64,000 nt of DNA, taken from Dehalococcoidia bacterium (GTDB taxonomy: Bacteria; Chloroflexota; Dehalococcoidia; Plut-88900). Below are positions 50,801-58,400 of this stretch, one piece after another. Where the stretch lies: contig OZ240215.1 of the NCBI GenBank assembly GCA_965197585.1, positions 3,264,001-3,328,000 of the forward strand. The letters run 5' to 3'. The translations under genes and the position numbers were made by a program. The notes beneath the pieces are model-generated. The model worked only from the letters and a program-made list of their open reading frames with translations. It was not told where the DNA came from and did not search any database. Each line of letters starts with the position of its first letter. Within the stretch, counting starts at the first letter, position 1.

Positions 50801-51069
50801 AGCCGTCCCTCGCTGATTTCAAAGTCTCCGGCGTCGGTTCCCGACAGCGCGTTCCACGTCACGCCCTTCTCCTCGGGGTCCAAGGCCGTCAACACGATCA
50901 CCGCCCCGCTCTCCTCCTCCGGGTACTCGATGCAGTAGTCTTCGTCGCACCGCGCCTGCCCCTCCCCCAGCCCCCCGCTCATCAGAAACACCGCCACCGC
51001 CCCGGCCAACAACACCAGGCTCAGCGCCCCCCGCCCCACCCATCCTTTTAATATAGACGAATGCATCAT
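44815..51069 (-). CDS. Giant secreted cadherin/Ig-repeat protein (2084 aa) with C-terminal EF-hand/dockerin-like module
   Basis: N-terminal signal peptide; repeated PDYE/LDYE, DPDG, NVDE motifs; six tandem ~95 aa DDDGxVTLS..WQW..YLRATASY repeats; ends YDANRNESIERSEAIRAVSDYFDGEISKDDVLAVLVLYFSG. Confidence 0.9.
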   Translation of the reverse strand: MMHSSILKGWVGRGALSLVLLAGAVAVFLMSGGLGEGQARCDEDYCIEYPEEESGAVIVLTALDPEEKGVTWNALSGTDAGDFEISEGRLTFVNTPDYEAPVDADTNNMYAVTIRATDTDADFITDTNRASLRPVIRPVTKTIRVSVTNVDEDGEVDLSTLQPQESVDITATLTDADGPRVTGTRTFPVTTIGLTSDANTAWQWSRSTRATGGWTDVKDDASTTMKVEGTEPSYTPTEDDVGMYLRATATYQDGHCEPCEPKKTAEAISVNPVQADPSNKAPRFLDENGKVITRTTRSVAENSEAGTVVGAPVTATDPGFDGRQETLTYVLSGADDRNFDIDSGTGQIRVKAALDYEATGGSTHSVSVKATDPSGGSAEIGVTITVTDVDEAPIITAGSTSVDYDENTSIGTEVSSYEAEDPDGDNPASLKWSLSGRDAARFSIGNLADEHGRLTFREAPDYEAPTDSDRDNVYEVTVEVTDRGGNKTTRDVTVHVENEDEPGLLTVSNLYPQVGTRITPTLTDPDTPISNLIWTWKISTNVESRANAYTPKTADINRTLEVSVTYTDGTGERQTLSVDSKASVDDRPSGGNQSPRFTAAPASLTIRENEPVRENVDGEVRAEDPDNDDLTYSISGGDSAFSIEQDTGQIKTRAVLDHEKRSSYRVTVTAEDPSGARDTHSLTIVVDDVDDAPSITSGDVYIYYAENGRGTVATYRADDPEGRSIEWTLTGTDADEFTLVRGVLRFRESPDYEDENAYSVIVNASDGNTAHTDTEDITIAIINVDEKGKVALSQQPREEAGLTATLTDLDEGVSGDAWQWARSSSRSGGFTDIQGASQATYTPKNDDTGMYLRATVTYTDAHDGGKSAYVVSNNTTQWKESGPPEFQDPETGDDVETTTREVNENARAGTNVGAPVAATDIGDRGRPENLTYELGGTDVASFEIDQRTGQIKVKRDTDLDHETKESYTVTVTARDPSDTTGAESRDLITVTINVKDVNELPVLTLPVANITGTSGGDLDSGFTHSELVVSSNRESVADAATTSLSIAFLADDPEKDTAPNTAGTNNATLTWTLAGTDADDFNLDNGTLTFKSGPDYEAATDSGRNNVYEVTVQAADEAGNTASVKVKITVENVGEKGTVRLSHTEPEVRTPLTASLSDPDREKSVRWQWYRNVNPDSLPTNTCAVDNDTDCLISGATSSRYTPKVITGNTDVGATLTAVASYSDGEGSKKVASEPTANIVEMEDGNNEAPEFEGASVTKEVREDVLSNDAIDNIVGDTVTAVDCDVDPQDCSNGTRDTLEYSLSGGDTRYFTIDRGTGQISVAAGTELDFETKNRYSVTVRAVDPSGRSDTIRVTIDVIDVDETPTLSRTGLVAVGRGSISFPEKGRDRVADYSALGPNSGNVSWRLSGTDASDFSINSRGALSFRSTPNFESPADSDKDNVYELTVTARSGREMDALDVTVDVYNVDEEGEVKLTPTRGTIGARITAELTDPDGDPTSVSWEWERSETGLTGWTPIPGTNSDSYILDAEDRGYYVQATAYYSDPEGGGKSASARTTAAVLADDDGRVTLSADRVAVGDSVTARLTDPDGNIRNLTWQWASSESSTSGWLDIPGATLSTYTAAEADVGTFLRATASYDDGDGTDKSAEAVTTSAVVEDDDGVVALSPTEPTVGETVTATLTDPDGGVTRATWQWATSSNGTSNWTSIAGANSATYTVAAGVLGKYLRATVIYDDAAGAGKTAEVITAAAVTEDDDGSVTLSPSSPEVGERVTAVLSDPDGRVTGVTWTWAFSSNGTTNWRTIIGANSSTYTTVAADVRSYLRATASYTDAAGPGKSAEAVTTAAVALDDDGRVTLSETMPTAGDIVTARIDDPDGGVRRVTWQWEMSRNGTSNWVFILNATSNSYTATTANVGSYLRATASYTDSVGPGKSANAVTAAAVAEDDDGTVTLSTRTPEVGSEITATLSDPDGGVTGATWQWAKSSNGSTGWTDIQGATSASYTPGESDAGIFLRATVSYDDAVGTGKSAQAATSSGVAQMELLSEYDANRNESIERSEAIRAVSDYFDGEISKDDVLAVLVLYFSG

Positions 51070-51227
51070 AGCTACACCTTGCTTACTTCTCTCATCCCGA
51101 GGCCCCGAGAATGGGATCCAGGACTTGCGCAGTAACCGCTCAGCCTGCCCTCCAATAGTTAGATAGGAACGCCGAGCCCAATAAAAAAACTACTTCATTC
51201 TTCGCACAAGTCTTAAACCTAATCCGA

Positions 51228-51256
51228 ATTCTCTCAATCACCAAAGCATATGTCAA
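51228..51256 (-). promoter_or_regulatory. Probable sigma70 promoter of the 2084 aa gene
   Basis: Minus strand TTGACA-N17-GAGAAT with TGn extension. Confidence 0.55.
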
Positions 51257-51283
51257 CTTATCCCCCCATCCGATGGGAGCCAG

Positions 51284-51298
51284 TCCGCCTTAGGCGGA
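51284..51298. repeat. TCCGCC-N3-GGCGGA palindrome
   Basis: TCCGCCTTAGGCGGA; same arms as 44655-44669. Confidence 0.8.
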
Positions 51299-51332
51299 TC
51301 ATTCCTGCCCCCGAGCCGGAATCCATCCCCCT

Positions 51333-51475
51333 CCCCCCAGTACTGAATTAGAGGTCCACGTGCGTGCCCTGCACGCACGTGGACCTCTATTCTTATCTCC
51401 CCCTCTCCCTTGAAGGCCCTAAGGGTCGAAGATGCGCCTGTGGCGTGAGAGGGGGATCAAGGGGGTGAGGGTTCC
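51333..51475 (+). repeat. Composite palindromic repeat, copy 1 (REP/MITE-like)
   Basis: CCCCCCAGTAC, perfect 19 bp hairpin 51349-51389, CCCTCTCCCTTGAAGGCCCTAAGGGTCG...GAGAGGGGGATCAAGGGGGTGA; repeated at 52310-52475. Confidence 0.85.
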
Positions 51476-51746
51476 CCCGTGGGGCTGGGGCGGTGTCCCC
51501 CCAAAAGTGACACGAACCCCTTGACTGCATGCGCACACATGTACTATATTCACCCCCGGCTAGCTAGTCACACACCTAAACCCAAAGGAGGAACACACAA
51601 CCCAGGGGGAACACCAGCCCCGACTCACCCTGCCCCCTGCTTCCAGGCGATGGAAGGCCCAAAAACTTGTTCGGCAAGCCCTCTTCAGAGGCCCCTGCCG
51701 ATGCGCTTCCCATTATAGGATGCGTCTATCCCCGGCCCCTCGCGTG

Positions 51747-51830
51747 CCGGGTTCCCGGGTAGGTCTACCGGCCCCCGGGTTCCCGGGTAGGTCTACCGGC
51801 CCCCGGACTCCCGGGTAGGTCTACCGGCCC
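51747..51830 (+). repeat. Tandem repeat, 3 x 28 bp
   Basis: CCGGGTTCCCGGGTAGGTCTACCGGCCC x2 plus a third copy with 2 mismatches. Confidence 0.92.
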
Positions 51831-52133
51831 CCCGGGCTAGCAAGGCCCTCGTGCCCTTGCTCTTCCCGCCGTCCCAGCCATCCGTCTCTATGACCGATGC
51901 ACTGGGACGCCGGTTATGTCCCCCGTCAGCGGTCCGGTCATGTGCCGCTCACGAATTGGGATCGGCCCCACACAACCCTGACCACAGCCGACAACGTGTG
52001 GGGATAATCCAGCCCGGCGCCGACGGCACGGCACAAACCCCCGGCCTGGTTTCTAGTCCCGGACCTTCCATCGCCTCCCCCCTCCCAACAAACAGAACCG
52101 AAACCCACAAACCCCACAATCGAAGATGGAACA

Positions 52134-52163
52134 TCCGCCTCTGGAGGATCCGCCTCAGGAGGA
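52134..52163. repeat. Two tandem degenerate TCCGCC-N3-GG(A)GGA palindromes
   Basis: TCCGCCTCTGGAGGA TCCGCCTCAGGAGGA. Confidence 0.7.
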
Positions 52164-52309
52164 CTGAATAAAAACCCGGTGTGTCACTAATCTACCGAAC
52201 GAGCACACTCCCTTGACGGGTCGCAGATGCGCCGAGGCGTGAGAGGCCTGGGGCCCTAGGCTCGCCGAGGAGGGTGAGGGTGATCCCCCTCCCCCTTCTC
52301 CTTATATCC

Positions 52310-52475
52310 CCCCCCAGTACCAAACTAGAGGGATACGCCTGCGCCCTCGCGCAGGCGTATCCCTCTGTTTATCTTTCCCCCTCTCCCTTGAAGGCCCTAA
52401 GGGTCGCAGATGTCGCAGATGCGCCCTTGGCGTGCGCCACCGGCGTGAGAGGGGGATCAAGGGGGTGAAGGTTCC
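52310..52475 (+). repeat. Composite palindromic repeat, copy 2 (third partial copy at 52208-52280)
   Basis: Same flanks as 51333-51475 but a different perfect 18 bp hairpin at 52327-52366. Confidence 0.85.
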
Positions 52476-52750
52476 TATCCCCATCCCCCTTGTTTCCCTT
52501 GACTTACAGTGTTATCCTTCTCCCCGACGCTTTTCGGCGCATTTACACCCTACATACCCCACACGGGCCCTCCACTCCCTCGGGCCCCAGGACACCGCAA
52601 TTGCTCGACGTTTCGTTCGACCAATTCGTCCCTTCACCGGCCTTATCGGCCCCTAGTCCTGGAAGGAGCTAACTAACCCTGACCATCATGCCTACCACAT
52701 TGTCTCCACCCTATTCCCACATTGACACCCCCAATTGTGCAATAATTCTA

Positions 52751-52780
52751 TTGACACGACTCGAAAGGCGGTGCTAACAT
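52751..52780 (+). promoter_or_regulatory. Probable sigma70 promoter flanked by CAATTGTGCA direct repeats
   Basis: TTGACA-N18-TAACAT with TGn; CAATTGTGCA at about 52732 and 52787. Confidence 0.6.
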
Positions 52781-52856
52781 GCCCCGCAATTGTGCAAACA
52801 GCTATGGAAATGGTAATGTTGTCCCTGTCCCAAGACTCCACAAAGTGAGGCAGCTC

Positions 52857-55800
52857 ATGCTTAAGAGACCCTTCAAATCATTGATAGCCCGAATAGCCAT
52901 CGTCGCTCTCGCGCTGTCCCTCGTAGTCCCCTTCGTGCCTGCGGCCTTCGCCCAGGACGCGTCGTTCCCCTATGCGGAGGACCGCAATGACCCGGTGGCG
53001 ACCTTCACGGCGACCGATGCTGACGGAGACGCCATTGTCTGGTCGTTGAGCGGAGCGGATGCTGAACTCTTCACGATAGAGGGCGGCGTACTGGCATTCA
53101 AGAAGTCGCCTGACTACGAGAGTCCTGGAGACTCGGGATCTGACAACACCTACAACGTGACGTTGAACGCCTCCGGCGGCAGCCGTGACGTTGCCGTAAC
53201 GGTGACGAACGTGGACGAACCCGGTTCGGTGAGCCTGACTGACCTGCAGCCGCAGGCTGGAGAGCCTGTGGGAGCGTCGGCAAGTGACCAGGACGGGAGT
53301 CTGGACCAGACGACGTGGCAGTGGTCGAAGTCGATGGACGAGGCGGCGTGGAGTGACATCTCCGGGGCCAGTTCCCCGACGTACACGCCGGCGACTGAGG
53401 ACATAGGCTACTACCTGAGAGCAACGGCTTCCTACAGTGACGGTTTTGGCACTGGGCGAGACGATGCCAGTGCGGTTACGGCCTTTGCTGTGGAGGAGAG
53501 GCCGGTGGCCAACGCCCAGCCGGCGTTTGCCGATGATGAGACTGATACTCCGGACAGCAGTGAACAGACCCGTGCGGTGAGGGAGACGGCGAAGGGTGGC
53601 GACAGTGTAGGTAACGCAGTTACGGCGTCGGACTCCGATAACGACCCGCTGCTCTACAGCATGGACGGCACCCCGGTCGACCTCACTGGTATTTCCCCCA
53701 CCGAGAATGCGACAGGGGTTGATCCCGATGCTCTGTTCACGATTGACAGTAAGAGCGGGCAGATTTCGGTGAAGAGCGGTGCCAATACAGACTACCTGGA
53801 CCTTGAGAAGTACTTCACGACCGCGGCTGATGCGAATGCAGATCCGCCTGTGGAGCAGTCATTAGAATACATGGTCACTGTAACGGCTGAGGATCCGTCG
53901 GGTTCGATAGCCACGGTGACGGTGACGATCGAGGTCACGGCGGTGGACGAAGCGCCGGAAATTACACTGGTGACCGTTGGGTTGGGAATCGGCCAAACAG
54001 CTAGAATCTCCACACCCGGCCAAACCTTCGTGGTAAACACGCCGGAGCAGGACCCGTTGGATCTGGAGTCGCAAGCCGGCAGCGATGACGCCTTCTCCCA
54101 AGGTCTCCCGGTGTTCGATGCGGACGACCCTGAAGAAGCTACCGATCCTAATGTAGACAAGATAACCTGGACGATATCCGGGGTTGACGCCAAGCGCTTC
54201 CAGATAGCGAAGCTTGTTAATGCCGAAAACGGGGTTTCAGCTCCCAACGAGGGCTTCAACAGCAGCGCAGCGCTGCGGTGGTCCGCTGCGGACAGGAAAG
54301 GTCCCAGCTTCGAAGCTATGGACTCGGCTGATGGTGACAACGTGTACCTGGTGACGGTGACGGCCTTTGACGGCGTAGCCAGCAAGTCCCAGGACGTGAG
54401 CATCACGGTGAGGAACGTAGAAGAGGACGGGAGCATAAGCCTGTCGCAACTTGTGCCGCAGGAAGGCATAGCGGTAACAGCCCGTTTGAGCGACCCGGAC
54501 GGTGGCATAACGGGTGCCACGTGGCAGTGGTACAGAGGCGTTACGAATACTGCTGAATTGCCGGAAATAGATGACGCTGAAACTAACAAGTGCGACGCCG
54601 AACGTACTTCGAATTGCTGGATAGAGGGCGCGACATCGTCCACCTACACACCGAGGGCGGCTGACGCCACTGGTGGTCCCGATGACAGCGATAACAACCC
54701 GACAGCTCAGAAGCTGACGGTAGTGGCGAAATACACGGACGCCTACGTAACGGATGATGACACGCTAAATGACGACGGTACGGTAACACAGGGCACCTCA
54801 GACGACGTAGACGATGGCGACATGGTCATTGAGACATCGGCGCACGATGCGAGGGTGAGGCCGGACCAGAACGCCCAGCCTAGCTTTGGTGACGATGAGT
54901 CGGTGGACAGGAGCGTGGAGGAGAACGCCAAGAATGTCAGTGTTGGAGAGCCGGTGACGGCGACCGACGGCGACGACGACCCGCTGCTCTACACGCTTAG
55001 CGGAGATGACAGCGACAACTTCAAGGTGAACAACTCTGGGCAGATAGAAACTGCTAAGGCTTTGGACTTCGAGACGCAGTCTAGCTACAGCGTAATGGTG
55101 ACGGCGACCGACCCGTCCGGGGCCAATGACTCCATCGAGGTGAACATCACCGTAACCGACGCCGATGACCCCGCTACCATTTCGGCCGACGGGTCTGTTT
55201 CCTATGCGGAGGACCGCAATGACCCGGTGGCGACCTTCATGGCGACCGATGCTGACGGAGACGCCATCGTCTGGTCGTTGAGCGGAGCGGATGCGGAACT
55301 CTTCACGATAGAGGGCGGCGTGCTTGCGTTCAAGAAGTCGCCCAACTACGAAAGTGCTGGGGACGAGGGATCTGACAACACCTACAACGTGACGTTGAAC
55401 GCCTCCGGCGGCAGCCGTGACGTTGCCGTAACGGTGACGAACGTGGACGAACCCGGTTCGGTGAGCCTGACTGACCTGCAGCCGCAGGCTGGAGAGCCTG
55501 TGGGAGCGTCGGCAAGTGACCAGGACGGGAGTCTGGACCAGACGACGTGGCAGTGGTCGAAGTCGATGGACGAGGCGGCGTGGAGTGACATCTCCGGGGC
55601 CAGTTCCCCGACGTACACGCCGGCGACTGAGGACATAGGCTACTACCTGAGAGCAACGGCTTCCTACAGTGACGGTTTTGGCACTGGGCGAGACGATGCC
55701 AGTGCGGTTACGGCCTTTGCTGTGGAGGAGAGGCCGGTGGCCAACGCCCAGCCGGCGTTTGCCGATGATGAGACTGATACTCCGGACAGCAGTGAACAGA

Positions 55801-58346
55801 CCCGTGCGGTGAGGGAGACGGCGAAGGGTGGCGACAGTGTAGGTAACGCAGTTACGGCGTCGGACTCCGATAACGACCCGCTGCTCTACAGCATGGACGG
55901 CACCCCGGTCGACCTCACTGGTATTTCCCCCACCGAGAATGCGACAGGGGTTGATCCCGATGCTCTGTTCACGATTGACAGTAAGAGCGGGCAGATTTCG
56001 GTGAAGAGCGGTGCCAATACAGACTACCTGGACCTTGAGAAGTACTTCACGACCGCGGCTGATGCGAATGCAGATCCGCCTGTGGAGCAGTCATTAGAAT
56101 ACATGGTCACTGTAACGGCTGAGGATCCGTCGGGTTCGATAGCCACGGTGACGGTGACGATCGAGGTCACGGCGGTGGACGAAGCGCCGGAAATTACACT
56201 GGTGACCGTTGGGTTGGGAATCGGCCAAACAGCTACCATCACCACACCTGGGCAAACCTTCGTGGTAAACACGCCGGAGCAGGATCCGTTGGCTCTGCGG
56301 TCACAAGGCGAAACCACGGACCCCTTCTCCCAAGGTCTCCCGGTGTTCAATGCGAACGACCCGGAAAGTGAGACCCCAGAAGAGATAACGTGGTCGATAT
56401 CCGGGGATGACGCCAAGCGCTTCCAGATAGCGGAGCTTGATACCCCCAACACTGACTTCGACAGCAGCGCAGCGCTGCGTTGGGCCTCTGATGACGGGAA
56501 AGGTCCCAGCTTCGAAGCTATGGACTCGGCTGATGGTGACAACGTGTACCTGGTGACGGTGACGGCCTTTGACAGCGTTGCCAGCAAGTCTCAGGACGTG
56601 AGCATCACGGTGAGGAACGTAGAAGAGGACGGGAGCATAAGTCTGTCGCAGCTTGTGCCGCAGGAAGGCATAGCGGTAACAGCCCGTTTGAGCGACCCGG
56701 ACGGTGGCATAACGGGCGCCACGTGGCAGTGGTACAGAGGCGTTACGAATACTGCTGAATTGCCGGAAATAGATGACGCTGAAACTAACAAGTGCGACGC
56801 CGAACGTACTTCGAATTGCTGGATAGAGGGCGCGACATCGTCCACCTACACACCGAGGGCGGCTGATGCCACTGGTGGAGGTACTGATAACCCACCCACT
56901 GACCCCCAGAAGCTGACGGTGGTGGCGAAATACACGGACGCCTACGTAACGGACAGGTTCGGCGGTACTGATGGCACCGACCCGACCGACGCTGATGACC
57001 CCGCCAATCCTGACGGCACTGACGATGGTGACATGGTCATTGAGACATCGGCGCACGATGCCAGGGAGAGGCCGGACCAGAACGCCCAGCCTAGCTTTGG
57101 TGACGATGAGTCGGTGGACAGGAGCGTGGAGGAGAACGCCAAGAATGTCATAGTCGGAGAGCCGGTGACGGCGACCGACGGCGACGACGATCCGCTGCTC
57201 TACACGCTTAGCGGAGATGACAGCGACAACTTCAAGGTGAACAACTCTGGGCAGATAGAAACTGCTAAGGCTTTGGACTTCGAGACGCAGTCTAGCTACA
57301 GCGTAATGGTGACGGCGACCGACCCGTCCGGGGCCAATGACTCCATCACGGTGAACATCACCGTAACCGACGCCGATGACGGCGCAACCATTGAGGCCAA
57401 CGTGGCCCCAGAGTTCGACGGCGACACCGCAGACCGCAGTGTCCCAGAGGACGCCGAAGCCGGCGCCAACGTCGGCGGCCCCGTGGTCGCTACGGACGGC
57501 AACTCCGGTGACTCCGTGAGCTACGCCCTCAGCGGCGACGAAGCCGGCAGCTTCGCAATCTGGCCCAACGGCCAGATCACCGTAGCCGAAGGCGTCACCC
57601 TGGACTACGAGACCAGGAACGCCTACACCGTGGTCCTCACGGCCACCGATGGCTCGGGCGCAACCGACTCCATAACGGTCAACATCAGTGTGACCGACGT
57701 GGATGAGAACATCGCCCCCGCTTTCGCAGAAGAGAGCGCAACCCTCAGCGTGGTAGAAAACACCGGCGCTGGCAGCAACGTCGGTGACCCGGTGGTCGCC
57801 ACAGACGCCGATGAGGACGAGCTTACCTACGCCCTCAGCGGCGACGGTGCTGGCAGCTTCGAAATCTGGCCCAGCGGCCAGATCACCGTAGCCGAAGGCG
57901 CCAACCTGGACTACGAGTCCCAGACCAGCCACATGGTGACAGTCACCGCCAGCGACGGTAAAGGCGGCAGCGCCTCCATCGCCGTGACCATCAACGTCAG
58001 CAACGTAGGCCTGGATAACGCCTACGACGCGAACGACGATGGCGCAATCAGCAAGGACGAGGCAGTGACAGCCGTGAACGGCTACTTCCTGGACGAGATA
58101 ACCAGGGACGAGGCCCTCGTAGTCCTGGGCCTCTACTTCGCCGCCAATGGCGACGATGACGCCGCCACTGACGATGACGCCGCCACTGACGATGACGCCG
58201 CCACTGAAGACGACGCGGCCACCGAAGATGACGCCGCCTCCGAAGATGACGCCGCCGCTGACGATGACGCGGCCTCTGACGATGACGCCGCCTCTGACGA
58301 TGACGCCGCCGCCGATGACGCCGACTCCGGTGACACGGAAGCGTAG
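52857..58346 (+). CDS. Giant secreted cadherin-repeat protein with a 744 aa internal duplication, dockerin-like module and acidic tail
   Basis: Signal peptide MLKRPFKSLIARIAIVALALSLVVPFVPAAFA; cadherin motifs; YDANDDGAISKDEAVTAVNGYFLDEITRDEALVVLGLYF; SD GAGG before 52857. Confidence 0.9.
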   Translation: MLKRPFKSLIARIAIVALALSLVVPFVPAAFAQDASFPYAEDRNDPVATFTATDADGDAIVWSLSGADAELFTIEGGVLAFKKSPDYESPGDSGSDNTYNVTLNASGGSRDVAVTVTNVDEPGSVSLTDLQPQAGEPVGASASDQDGSLDQTTWQWSKSMDEAAWSDISGASSPTYTPATEDIGYYLRATASYSDGFGTGRDDASAVTAFAVEERPVANAQPAFADDETDTPDSSEQTRAVRETAKGGDSVGNAVTASDSDNDPLLYSMDGTPVDLTGISPTENATGVDPDALFTIDSKSGQISVKSGANTDYLDLEKYFTTAADANADPPVEQSLEYMVTVTAEDPSGSIATVTVTIEVTAVDEAPEITLVTVGLGIGQTARISTPGQTFVVNTPEQDPLDLESQAGSDDAFSQGLPVFDADDPEEATDPNVDKITWTISGVDAKRFQIAKLVNAENGVSAPNEGFNSSAALRWSAADRKGPSFEAMDSADGDNVYLVTVTAFDGVASKSQDVSITVRNVEEDGSISLSQLVPQEGIAVTARLSDPDGGITGATWQWYRGVTNTAELPEIDDAETNKCDAERTSNCWIEGATSSTYTPRAADATGGPDDSDNNPTAQKLTVVAKYTDAYVTDDDTLNDDGTVTQGTSDDVDDGDMVIETSAHDARVRPDQNAQPSFGDDESVDRSVEENAKNVSVGEPVTATDGDDDPLLYTLSGDDSDNFKVNNSGQIETAKALDFETQSSYSVMVTATDPSGANDSIEVNITVTDADDPATISADGSVSYAEDRNDPVATFMATDADGDAIVWSLSGADAELFTIEGGVLAFKKSPNYESAGDEGSDNTYNVTLNASGGSRDVAVTVTNVDEPGSVSLTDLQPQAGEPVGASASDQDGSLDQTTWQWSKSMDEAAWSDISGASSPTYTPATEDIGYYLRATASYSDGFGTGRDDASAVTAFAVEERPVANAQPAFADDETDTPDSSEQTRAVRETAKGGDSVGNAVTASDSDNDPLLYSMDGTPVDLTGISPTENATGVDPDALFTIDSKSGQISVKSGANTDYLDLEKYFTTAADANADPPVEQSLEYMVTVTAEDPSGSIATVTVTIEVTAVDEAPEITLVTVGLGIGQTATITTPGQTFVVNTPEQDPLALRSQGETTDPFSQGLPVFNANDPESETPEEITWSISGDDAKRFQIAELDTPNTDFDSSAALRWASDDGKGPSFEAMDSADGDNVYLVTVTAFDSVASKSQDVSITVRNVEEDGSISLSQLVPQEGIAVTARLSDPDGGITGATWQWYRGVTNTAELPEIDDAETNKCDAERTSNCWIEGATSSTYTPRAADATGGGTDNPPTDPQKLTVVAKYTDAYVTDRFGGTDGTDPTDADDPANPDGTDDGDMVIETSAHDARERPDQNAQPSFGDDESVDRSVEENAKNVIVGEPVTATDGDDDPLLYTLSGDDSDNFKVNNSGQIETAKALDFETQSSYSVMVTATDPSGANDSITVNITVTDADDGATIEANVAPEFDGDTADRSVPEDAEAGANVGGPVVATDGNSGDSVSYALSGDEAGSFAIWPNGQITVAEGVTLDYETRNAYTVVLTATDGSGATDSITVNISVTDVDENIAPAFAEESATLSVVENTGAGSNVGDPVVATDADEDELTYALSGDGAGSFEIWPSGQITVAEGANLDYESQTSHMVTVTASDGKGGSASIAVTINVSNVGLDNAYDANDDGAISKDEAVTAVNGYFLDEITRDEALVVLGLYFAANGDDDAATDDDAATDDDAATEDDAATEDDAASEDDAAADDDAASDDDAASDDDAAADDADSGDTEA
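52969..57380 (+). repeat. Intragenic tandem duplication (about 52969-55170 and 55201-57380, initial offset 2232 bp)
   Basis: Long identical nucleotide blocks; near-identical shadow ORFs 53150-53404 and 55382-55636 offset by 2232. Confidence 0.95.
58152..58325 (+). repeat. 18 bp coding tandem repeat, (D/E)DDAA(T/S/A) about 9-10 copies
   Basis: GACGATGACGCCGCCACT units. Confidence 0.9.
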
Positions 58347-58400
58347 AGGCGCACGCGGCAAATAGAGAGTAAGTAAAGAAAGCAAGAAGGAGTAAGGAAC

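Noticed and set aside
51070-51227. Possible cyclic-dinucleotide riboswitch in the adhesin leader
   Set aside because: Conserved c-di-GMP and c-di-AMP aptamer motifs not found on the minus strand by eye; a covariance-model scan would settle it
51747-51830. Possible CRISPR array (28 bp repeats)
   Set aside because: Units are contiguous with no spacers and there are no cas genes in the window
51479-52672. Short ORFs in the 1.8 kb intergenic region
   Set aside because: Pro/Arg-rich translations of repeats and palindromes without suitable SD-start pairing
52969-57380. Diversity-generating retroelement TR/VR pair
   Set aside because: No reverse transcriptase in the window; differences include indels and are not adenine-specific; the repeat is far longer than a TR
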